NCBI GenBank assembly: GCA_950097015.1
Contig: CATNEN010000038.1
Location: 28,086,001-28,150,000, forward strand
DNA from: Macrostomum hystrix
Taxonomy: Eukaryota > Animalia > Platyhelminthes
DNA: 64,000 bases
Reading direction: 5' to 3'
A program made the translations under genes and the position numbers. The stretch's first letter is position 1. The number at the start of each line of letters is the position of its first letter. Under the pieces are notes generated by a model that saw nothing but the letters and a program-made list of their open reading frames with translations, did not search any database and had not been told where the DNA came from. Shown here piece after piece: positions 1-11,000 of the stretch.

Positions 1-1850
1 ATCCTTTCAGGTGTGTTCTAATTGCCATTCTCAGGTGTGTTCTAATTGTCATTCTCATGTGTGTTCTAATTATCATTCTCATGTGTGTTCTAATTGTCAT
101 TCTCAGGTGTGTTCTAATTGCCATTCTCATGTGTGTTCTAATTATCCTTTCAGGTGTGTTCTAATTGTCATTCTCAGGTGTGTTCTAATTGTCATTCTCA
201 TGTGTGTTCTAATTGTCATTCTCAGGTGTGTTCTAATTATAATTCTCAGGTGTGTTCTAATTGCCATTCTCAGGTGTGTTCTAATTGTCATTCTCAGGTG
301 TGTTCTAATTATCCTTTCAGGTGTGTTCTAATTGTCATTCTCAGGTGTGTTCTAATTGCCATTCTCATGTGTGTTCTAATTGCCATTCTCGGGTGTGTTC
401 TAATTGCCATTCTCAGGTGTGTTCTAATTGTCATTCTCAGGTGTGTTCTAATTGCCATTCTCAGGTGTGTTCTAATTGTCATTCTCAGGTGTGTTTTAAT
501 TGCCATTCTCAGGTGTGTTCTAATTGCCATTCTCAGGTGTGTTCTAATTGCCATTCTCAGGTGTGTTCTAATTGTCATTCTCAGGTGTGTTCTAATTGTC
601 ATTCTCAGGTGTGTTCTAATTGTCATTCTCAGGTGTGTTCTAATTATCCTTTCAGGTGTGTTCTAATTTTCATTCTCAGGTGTGTTCTAATTGTCATTCT
701 CATGTGTGTTCTAATTATCATTCTCAGGTGTGTTCTAATTGCCATTCTCAGGTGTGTTCTAATTGCCATTCTCAGGTGTGTTCTAATTATCCTTTCAGGT
801 GTGTTCTAATTGTCATTCTCAGGTGTGTTCTAATTATCCTTTCAGGTGTGTTCTAATTGCCATTCTCAGGTGTGTTCTAATTGTCATTCTCATGTGTGTT
901 CTAATTATCATTCTCATGTGTGTTCTAATTGTCATTCTCAGGTGTGTTCTAATTGCCATTCTCATGTGTGTTCTAATTATCCTTTCAGGTGTGTTCTAAT
1001 TGTCATTCTCAGGTGTGTTCTAATTGTCATTCTCATGTGTGTTCTAATTGTCATTCTCAGGTGTGTTCTAATTATAATTCTCAGGTGTGTTCTAATTGCC
1101 ATTCTCAGGTGTGTTCTAATTGTCATTCTCAGGTGTGTTCTAATTATCCTTTCAGGTGTGTTCTAATTGTCATTCTCAGGTGTGTTCTAATTGCCATTCT
1201 CATGTGTGTTCTAATTGCCATTCTCGGGTGTGTTCTAATTGCCATTCTCAGGTGTGTTCTAATTGTCATTCTCAGGTGTGTTCTAATTGCCATTCTCAGG
1301 TGTGTTCTAATTGTCATTCTCAGGTGTGTTTTAATTGCCATTCTCAGGTGTGTTCTAATTGCCATTCTCAGGTGTGTTCTAATTGCCATTCTCAGGTGTG
1401 TTCTAATTGCCATTCTCAGGTGTGTTCTAATTGTCATTCTCAGGTGTGTTCTAATTATCCTTTCAGGTGTGTTCTAATTGCCATTCTCAGGTGTGTTCTA
1501 ATTGTCATTCTCATGTGTGTTCTAATTATCATTCTCAGGTGTGTTCTAATTGCCATTCTCAGGTGTGTTCTAATTGTCATTCTCAGGTGTGTTCTAATTA
1601 TCCTTTCAGGTGTGTTCTAATTGTCATTCTCAGGTGTGTTTTAATTGCCATTCTCAGGTGTGTTCTAATTGCCATTCTCAGGTGTGTTCTAATTGTCATT
1701 CTCAGGTGTGTTCTAATTGCCATTCTCATGTGTGTTCTAATTGCCATTCTCAGGTGTGTTCTAATTGCCATTCTCAGGTGTGTTCTAATTGCCATTCTCA
1801 GGTGTGTTCTAATTGCCATTCTCAGGTGTGTTCTAATTGCCATTCTCATG
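1..1850. repeat. 24-bp minisatellite (CATTCTCAGGTGTGTTCTAATTGY) with 23-bp variant units and ~835-bp higher-order duplication; truncated at window start
   Basis: Unit read directly. The variant pattern at 1-~800 recurs 835 bp later (ORF starts 11/846, 154/989, 321/1156). Confidence 0.97.
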
Positions 1851-2689
1851 TGACTTCAGCAAGCCATTATGAACTCAAATTAGTGAACTTTTAATTTCGA
1901 AATAAGGATTAGGAATGTAACCCAAATAGTTTTAGAGCAAAACGCAGCCATCTGGTCATAATTTTAAGGGAAAATTTATTCAAACGATGATGAGTTGCAC
2001 TCATTAGTTAAACGAGCAGCATTTCTGTGTGGGCCATTTCTCGATGACCATTTGAGTTGTAAAAGTTCAAAAATTAGGTCAGAATTATTTTGTTTGAGCT
2101 TGCGAAATGAATTATAAGCTAGGAAATTGAGAATGGCACTCAAAACTGTCGATGTAGCATCTGCTCATATATAATATTAGTATAACGTCAAGACCAACCG
2201 CAGGTCTTCACTTTGAGAAGCGAGACTCATTTAACACTGAGTTGAGCTAGCTTTTCATTCTAAAAATTTGACTGCCCGGCTGACTGCATGGAGTGTATAT
2301 TAGAGGAGATTTTGGGAATTGAAGACAGGCAGAAAACTGGGACAACAGGAAAACACAGGATGCACACACGCACGCACACAGATATTTCTGTTAATGGTCA
2401 TGGGCAATGAAATCGCAATGGGTAGTCTTAAGGCAGACACAAATTCAGCTAGGTATTCTTGACACGCTAAGCAAAAATGGGAAGCAACTGGTCAACGGAA
2501 ATTTCATCTGTTAAAAAAAGCGAACGAGGAAAGCTAAAAATCTTACTAATAGGAAGTAGGAAAATGTTTATGGCGATTTTATGGATTAAAAACGGGATTT
2601 CTAGTTTCATTGTTACATTTCATTGTTGCTTGTAGTCACCGGTCTGCCCCATTTTGAGTCTACTCTATTTGAGAAGATTTGAGTCGCTT

Positions 2690-3760
2690 GGAGCCGATTC
2701 TACTTGAGTATATTTTATTCAATTCTTATTTTGGTATATTTTAGCAGATCAGAGTATATTCTATTGAGTAGATTCTATTGAGTAGATTCTATTGAGTAGA
2801 TGAGTTGATTCTATTTGAGTAGATGAGTTGATTCGATTTGAGTAGATTTTAGTTTATTCTATTTGAGTAGATGAGTTGATTCGATTTGAGTCGATTCTAT
2901 ATGAGTCGATTCTATTTTAGTCGATTCTATTTGAGTAGAATTGAGTCGATTCTAATTGATTAGATTTGAGTCGATTCTATTTTATTCGATTCTATTTGGG
3001 TAGATTTGAGTCGATTCCATTTGAGTATATGTGTTGATTCTATTTTAGTCTATTCTATTTTAGTCGATTCTATTTGAGTAGAATTGAGTCGATTCTAATT
3101 GATTAGATTTGAGTCGATTCTATTTTATTCGATTCTATTTGGGTAGATTTGAGTCGATTCCATTTGAGTATATGTGTTGATTCTATTTTAGTCTATTCTA
3201 TTTTAGTCGATTCTATTTGAGTAGAATTGAGTCGATTCTATTTGAGTAGATTTGAGTCGATTCTATTTTATTCGATTCTATTTGAGTAGATTTGAGTCGA
3301 TTCCATTTGAGTATATGTGTTGATTCTATTTGAGTAGATTTGAGTCGATTCTATTTGAGTAGATTTGAGTCGATTCTATTTGAGTAGATGAGTTGATTCG
3401 ATTTGAGTCGATTCTATATGAGTCGATTCTATTTGAGTAGATGTGAGTCGATTCTATTTGAGTAGATAAGAGTAGATTCTGTTTGAGTGGATTTGAGTCA
3501 ATTCTATTTGAGTAGATGAGTTGATTCTATTTGAGTAGATGAGTTGATTCTATTTGAGTAGATTTGAGCCTATTCTATTTGAGTCGATTTGAGTCTATTC
3601 TATTTGAGTCGATTCTATTTGAGTAGATTCGAGTCTATTCTATTTGAGTCTATTCTTTTTGAGTCTATTCTATTTTAGTAGATTTGAGTCGATTCTATTT
3701 GAGTACAGTTGTGAGCCTATTCTCCTTAACTAGATTCTATTTGAGTAGATTTGAGTATAG
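2690..3760. repeat. Degenerate AT-rich tandem repeat (GAGTCGATTCTATTT / GAGTAGATTT sub-units)
   Basis: Repeated 10- and 15-bp sub-units visible throughout; edges approximate. Confidence 0.9.
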
Positions 3761-4531
3761 ATTCGTTATGTATTTACGCAAAGGAATTGAATTTCAGTCT
3801 ATTATATATGATGCTGTCCGTACCGACCTGTTCAAACCAGATGCTCATAATTGCCCCCAGGGCAGAGCTCAGCCAATACCTTACGAAAGACCGTAAATTA
3901 GGCTACAATTGTCCCACTTATGCACAACAGGAAGTGAGACAGGTGTTAGCTAATAGCTGTTCAATTTAGGCCACTAACAATACAATGGGCACACAGGCAC
4001 ACATGAGAGGGCAATGTATAACAGCTTGAAGATCTCAAGATGAGAACTTCGAGATGTGTTTTCAGTTTCATCACTAATGAGTGAAATTAGGAGTATATTT
4101 TTATTTTCCGGATTTGAAATGAGTCGCTATATTATTCGGCTACGAAATTAATCGTATTATTAATCGAACTTGATTATTCATAGCACATGTGCCCTGCCTC
4201 GTTATCTAGTGCGTTTAATAAAAAAATATAATTTTTCAAATACCAGAATCGCACTGCCCTACTCGATAGTAGATCATGGTGCTTATTTCTGTGAAATTCT
4301 ACTACTTAGCAGCAATTTATCTGAGTAGTATCTAATATGCGATCTTCTTAAATCATGTAGCAAAAAATAAATTTCTCATTTTAGATTTGGAGAACTTTTT
4401 CGAATTAAATAATTGCACGAAAAATAAATAATAAATGTACTATAAAATAGCAAACAAAAACGTAGGTCACTGTCATATGGACTATTGTGTAACTAACAAA
4501 GTTCAACAAATAACAATTATAACAATAGGCA

Positions 4532-5478
4532 AGAGGGCTATCATAAAAATAAGTTTCGCTGCATTATAAATTTTCTTAAGTACATTTTTGGCAAACGCGG
4601 TTGGTCATTCCTGAATCTATATGTCTATGGCAAAAGGCACCAGATGTTTTAAAGCAAATGCAGTCTCACTGGCCGAAGATGGCCACTTCGGCTTCGTTCA
4701 CACGATACGACGCCAGAAACATAATCAAGTTTTCAGTTTTGGCTGCCAAATCAACATCAGAGATTCATGAAGAGCTTGGACAAGTTCTGAAAGAAGATGC
4801 TCCATCAATTCAAACGGTTCGGAAATGGGTCCGTGAAGTTCAAGGAGGCAGGCTGTCGATGGAAGACAAAGAGCGGTCTGGAAGGCCAAGAACAGCCACC
4901 ACTGATGCAACTGCAGAGCGTGTCAAAGCTGCAGTCACTGTGGACAGCAGATTGACTTGCAATGAGATCGAGGACCTCCTGGAAATTCCTCACAGCACAG
5001 TGCATCGCATTCTTACTGAGCAGCTGAACATGCAGAAGATCTTCGCAAAGTGGGTGCCTCATCTCCTGACTGAGGACCAAATGAAGGAGAGGGTGACCCT
5101 GGCGCAAGAGCACCTTCGACGATTTAATCGAGAGGGAAGCAACTTTCTCAGCAGTGGACTGGCCAGTGCCAATCGGCACCAAGGTGAATGCAGAATATTA
5201 CCGATGGGTACTGCAAGAAAAATTGAGGCCAGCCATCAGGAAAAAGCGGCCTGGTTTGCTGGAGAGAGGCGCGAATTATCTGTGCTTCATCAGCTTTGCG
5301 ATCGGCTGCGATGCTGCCTTTCAAGCGTGGGTACGGCGCTGGCAAAAGTGCGTGGACCTTGGCGGCAAATTTTTGGAGTAACTATGATCTGTTTTGACTA
5401 CTGTTAAAGTTTTAAGACTTTCCTTCAAACTGTTCGCTTTTTATTGTTGACCGAAACTTACTTTTGGGATAGCCCTCG
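4532..5478 (+). mobile_element. Internally deleted mariner (Tc1/mariner) element, 947 bp
   Basis: ~28-bp TIRs: AGAGGGCTATCATAAAAATAAGTTTCG at 4532 and CGAAACTTACTTTTGGGATAGCCCTCG ending 5478, followed by TA. The left flank is CA (mutated TA). Contains transposase remnants. Confidence 0.93.
4679..5381 (+). pseudogene. Mariner transposase remnant: HTH DNA-binding region intact, catalytic DD(34)D region deleted, frameshifted
   Basis: Present: TVRKWVREVQGGR..DKERSGRP, KWVPHLLT (WVPHEL motif), VNAEYY..LRPAIRKKRP, RRWQKCVDLGGKFLE. Absent: TGDE, HDNA and YSPDLAP motifs. Confidence 0.9.
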
Positions 5479-5894
5479 TAAGTAAAATAAAAACATCTAC
5501 CAAAAATTATTTGCACAATTCTGTGCAGCAATTAAAAGTTTCTTTCAAAGCAATTTCATGTAGCACAAAATATTGACAGCTGTATGACATCTTTATTGGC
5601 GCATTGTAGGAAACCCAGGTAATACACTGTTTTTTTATAGTTTTATCGTAAAACTTTGATTGCCAAAAATAAAGTTGTAGAAATCAGGGATGCAAATAAA
5701 AGTTCAAGAATTCTATAAATCAAAATATGTGAGAAAATACATTTTAAAGAGGTTTTTTGAAACAAAAATCTGCTCATTTTGTGTGTGACCAATATGTAAA
5801 TACTGGAAAGCAACTATTAAAATAACATTTAGATATGATTTTATGAATTTTATATAGACAACGTGCGCAATCTTGCTTAAAAACGAAGATAGAC

Positions 5895-6776
5895 ATCTGA
5901 GACTTATTGCGCCATTTTAGATACGATAAGTAATCAGCGCCTCATTAAAGGTGAGATTTTCACACCTCTTTAGACACGATGATCACTGATCACAGTGACT
6001 AATTACAGGTGAAACTTGTACCACTAATTTAGACACAATGATCATTTATCACAGGGATTAATTACATCTGAGAATATCACACATTTCAAGACACGATAGT
6101 CATTTATCATATTGACTAATTACAGGTAAGAATTATCACACCTTTTTAGACAGGATAGTCATTTATCATAGTGACAAATTACAGGTAAGAATTATCACAC
6201 CTTTTTAGACACGGTAGTCATTTATCATAGTGACTAATTACAGGTAATAATTATCACACCTTTTTAGACAGGATAGTCATTTATCATAGTGACTAATTAC
6301 AGGTAATAATTATCACACCTTTTTAGACAGGATAGTCATTTATCATAGTGACTAATTACAGGTAAGAATTATCACACCTTTTTAGACACGATAGTCATTT
6401 ATCATAGTGACTAATTACAGGTGAGAATTATGACACCTTTTTAGACACGATAGTCATTTATCATAGTGACTAATTACAGGTGAGAATTATCACACCTTTT
6501 TAGACACGATAGTCATTTATCATAGTGACTAATTAGAGGTGAGAATTATCACACCTTTTTAGACACGATAGTCATTTATCATAGTGACTAATTAGAGGTG
6601 AGAATTATCACACCTTTTTAGACACGATAGTCATTTATCATAGTGACTAATTAGAGGTGAGAATTATCACACCTTTTTAGACACGATAGTCATTTATCAT
6701 AGTGACTAGTTAGAGGTGAGAATTATCACACCTTTTTAGACACGATAGTCATTTATCATAGTGACTAATTACAGGT
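5895..6776. repeat. 59-bp minisatellite (ACACCTTTTTAGACACGATAGTCATTTATCATAGTGACTAATTAC/GAGGTGAGAATTATC)
   Basis: The one-base shift per 60-nt line gives period 59; units degrade toward the left end. Confidence 0.95.
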
Positions 6777-6873
6777 AGGAATTCTACTTACCTACCCAAA
6801 CGTTTATAAAAGCAGAACACACAAGTCTATATAAATATTAATTAAGCAAAAAGCAATGGAAAGAAGGAAAAAA

Positions 6874-6935
6874 ACTTTGTTTAAATACTTTGTTTAAATA
6901 CTTTGTTTAAATACTTTGTTTAAATACTTTGTTTA
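6874..6935. repeat. 13-bp tandem repeat ACTTTGTTTAAAT, about 5 copies
   Basis: Seen directly. Confidence 0.9.
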
Positions 6936-7254
6936 AAACAAGAAGCACAAGTGGTTTAAAGAAGTTTGCTACAAATTCGATGACAAAAATCTAAATACGA
7001 GCGAAAACATAAAGCGAGGTAAATCAAGTTAATCAAGTAAATCAATCGAGGTAAAATAAACAGAACAGAAAGAGCAGAGCGAGGGAGGCGGATGAGAAAA
7101 AATTGCTAAGCGATATAAAAGCAGATATATTGTACCAGAAAATACTTCTTAATATGCGCTTAATATACGAATATTCGTAATAGTAATAGTAATAATAGTA
7201 ATAGGTCTGTTCGATTGAATGAGTAGCTAAATAGAGTAAAAAGGAGAGAAATTT

Positions 7255-7912
7255 TAAGAGTGAGAGAGTGAGAGAGTGAGAGTGAGAGAGAGAGTTAGAG
7301 AGAGAGAAAGAGTGAGAGTGAGAGTTAGAGAGAGAAAGAGTAAGAGTGTGAGAGAGAAAGGGTGAGAGTGAGAGAGAAAAAGAGTGAGACGTGAGAGTGA
7401 GAAAGAGAAAGAGTGAGAGTGAAAGAGAGAAAGGGTGTGAGTGAAAGAGAGAAAGAGTGAGAGTGAAAGAGAGAAAGGGTGTGAGTGAGAGAGAGAGTGT
7501 GAGTGAGAGAGAGAAAGAGTGAGACGTGAGAGTGAGAAAGAGAAAGAGTGAGGGTGAAAGAGAGAAAGGGTGAGAGTGAGAGAGAGAAAGAGTGTGAGTG
7601 AGAGAGAGAAAGAGTGTGAGTGAGAGAGAGAAAGAGTGTGAGTGAGAGAGAGAAAGAGTGAGAGTGAAAGAGAGAGTGTGAGTGAGAGAGAGAAAGGGTG
7701 AGAGTGAAAGAGAGAGTGAGAGTGAGAGAGAGAAAGGGTGAGAGTGAGAGAGAGAGTGTGAGTGAGAGAGAGAAAGAGTGAGAGTGAGAGAGAGAAAGGG
7801 TGAGAGTGTGAGTGAGAAAGGGTGTGAGTGAGAGAAAGAGTGAGAGTAAGAGAGAGAAAGAGTGAGAATGTGAAAGGGTGAGAGTGAGAGAGAGGGTGAG
7901 AGAGGCGTGAGA
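7255..7912. repeat. Purine-rich (GA/GAGT) compound microsatellite
   Basis: About 650 bp of GAGA/GAGT/GAAA units; source of the spurious S/L/H/T ORFs. Confidence 0.97.
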
Positions 7913-8015
7913 CAAATATTCAAAACTGGTTGGTGGGAACAGAAGTTATATTTCCCGAAAATCTAATAACTGCAGAAGCATGAAGTTTACATACTTAATA
8001 GAAATCAAACTGTGA

Positions 8016-11000
8016 TTAAACTGCTGCTTCAGATGTCTGTCTTTCCTTCTGCTGCTGCTGCTGTTTCTGCCTGGCAATCTTGTTCAAATTGAAAACCGTA
8101 AAGTGTTTCTGGTGCTCGCGTTCGAAATCAGCGGCCGAAAGTTCGAGTCGGAGGGCAGCCGGCAGCAGGAAGGCAGCCTGAGTGGACGATGCTGGCAGGT
8201 GTCGCAGGCTGTCCAGGGTGTCTTCGAACGAGCGAAGTCGACGACGCTGAGCAGAGCTGCCAAGCACGGATGTTACAAGGGCTATGGCGACACGGAAGAT
8301 CATCTTGACGCCTGACGAATGAGAGATTGGCGGGTCAAGTGAGAGAAAACTGATTTATATCAGCTCAAATCTAACAACTCATCGAACCCGAAACTCAAAA
8401 ATCCGAAACTCATCGAACCCGAAACTCATAAAATCCGAAACTCATCGAACCCGTAACTTTTCGAACCCGAAACTCATAAAACCCGAAACTCATCGAACCC
8501 GAAACTCGTCGAACCCAAAACTCAAAAACCCGAAACTCAAAAAATCCGAAACTCATCGAACCCGTAACTTTTCGAACCCGAAACTCATAAAACCCGAAAC
8601 TCATAAAACCCGAAACTCATAAAACCCGAAACTCATCGAACCCGAAACTCGTCGAACCCGAAACTCGTCGAACCCGAAACTCGTCGAACCCAAAACTCGT
8701 CGAACCCGAAACTCATAAAATCCGAAACTCCTCGAACCCGAAACTCATAAAATCCGAAACTCCTCGAACCCGAAACTCATCGAATCCGCAACTCCTCTCA
8801 CCTTCGCAAAAGTACACATCCCAGACTCGCAGCAGAGTTGGCCAGGGCAGCGTTCTCACGTACAGGCACATGAACCAGTCCACCATAAAGTGCAAAGGCT
8901 CCACTTTGTACTTTACCAGATGTTTATAGGCGCCAGAATTGAACTTTTTCAATAATCCGTAAAGAATTTGACCGTCTACTTGAACAGCGTCTAAGCCGGG
9001 CCTGAAATAGCCGCGCATGTACTTGTCAAACAGGATGTAGATGGTGTAGAATGTGTCAATCTCCGGCATGTGCAGTAGGAGTGCGCCAGCCAATGGGGCC
9101 ATAGCTTGGCAGTAGCCAACCTCAGGAAATGAGCCCGAGTAGGCCAATAGGAGCCGCCTGAGAGCTTGTTGACCGAGGCCGTCAGATTGGGCGAATAGCA
9201 CGTGATGAGGAAACTGTCTGCCAAGGTCGCGTTCAATTTCCTCCGCTATCTGTCACACGAACAGTTTTGATTGGAGGAAAGCTAAGTAAGCGATGATTGG
9301 ATGTTTGGATTCTTCGTTATTAACAGTAGAAAATCCACAGGTTATTTATAAAACACACTGCCTACTTTAACCGATATTCGTGAAAGTCCACTAACATTCA
9401 ATAGTATAATTAATAATCTAATAAACAATAATAATAATTGCTGGAGGGCTGCGGGCAATGGCACATTTCGCTGACTCCTGAGCACACACGCACACAGATA
9501 CTGTACGCAGGCAAACACTCACACAGGGTGTGTACATCTGCCCTGACTTTCTCATCGTCAGGCAGGGTGCACTTTCACTGTGCCTTGGAGGTTGGCCCTC
9601 AAGGGCGTAAATTGCACGACAAGCCCCCCAAGCCTTCTCTCCGCGGCTGCGCCCCAACTTAATGTGGCCTCGTCGCGGAATCGAGCTCAGGGACCTTGGT
9701 GCGAGAGGCGAACGCGTTAACCGCTCTGCCACAGAACTCTTGCTCACATGGTTATAAAATTTTTTGTGAGCAGAATAATTTTGGCCATGTTGGTGCTATT
9801 TGCCACCTGTATTCTCACCGGGGTGTCTGGCGGCAAAAAAAACTACAAAAATAGACATGCGCGTAACTTTAAAGCAGCTTAGCTGAGCAGTAACTGACTC
9901 ACCCGCTCATTGGGCAGTTTAGTCATGCACTTGTTGTATAGATCCGGGTCGTCTCGATGTATATAATAAGCGCCGCACAGGTGAAACCAAGCTCTTGGTC
10001 TAATGGAATCCGGAATGCCTTTGCGGCTACGCTCCCTAACAAGTGGATAATCCCTGGCTATCACTCTATTCCAGTTGTTCAGCATATCTAGCCACTTCTT
10101 TTCTCGTCGGCGAATAGTTTCAACGGTTCCTGAGCGCGAGCGGACTCCACTAGGAGAGGAGGATGAAGACGCGTCATTGTCGCTAAAGAAGCCGTAGCGA
10201 TCTAGCTGCTGCTGCTCCTGATGATTTAGGTGGTTGCTGCCCTTTTGGGACAGCAAAGCTTCCGCCTGTAATATTTCAAACAGTTCTGAATCCAGAACTT
10301 CAGATCCTGAATCTAGAACTTCAGATCCTGAATCTAGAACTTCAGATCCTGAATCTAGAACTTCAGATCCTTAATCTAGAACTTCAGATCCTGAATCTAG
10401 AACTTCAGATCCTTAATCTAGAACCAACTTCAGATCCTTAATCTAGAACTTCAGATCCTGAATCTAGAACTTCAGATCCTGAATCTAGAACTTCAGATCC
10501 TGAATCTAGAACTTCAGATCCTGAATCTAGAACTTCAGATCCTGAATCTAGAACTCCATATCCTGAATCTAGAACTTCAGATCCTTAATCTAGAACTTCA
10601 GATCCTTAATCTAAAACTTCAGATCCTGAATCTAGAACTTCAGATCCTTAATCTAAAACTTCAGATCCTGAATCTAGAACTTCAGATCCTGAATCTAGAA
10701 CTCCATATCCTGAATCTAGAACTTCAGATCCTTAATCTAGAACTTCAGATCCTTAATCTAAAACTTCAGATCCTGAATCTAGAACTTCAGATCCTTAATC
10801 TAAAACTTCAGATCCTGAATCTAGAACTTCAGATCCTGAATCTAGAACTCCATATCCTGAATCTAGAACTTCAGATCCTTAATCTAGAACTTCAGATCCT
10901 GAATCTAGAACTTCAGATCCTTAATCTAGAACCAACTTCAGATCCTTAATCTAGAACTTCAGATCCTGAATCTAGAACTTCAGATCCTGAATCCAGAACT

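Noticed and set aside
11-1894. Cys/His-rich 'metallothionein or multiheme (CxxCH)-like' ORFs
   Set aside because: Translations of a 24-bp tandem repeat, open in several overlapping frames and frameshifted by 23-bp units.
3798-3896. Possible terminal exon of an upstream gene (…FKPDAHNCPQGRAQPIPYERP*)
   Set aside because: Has an acceptor-like TTTCAG but no recognisable homology or partner exon in the window.
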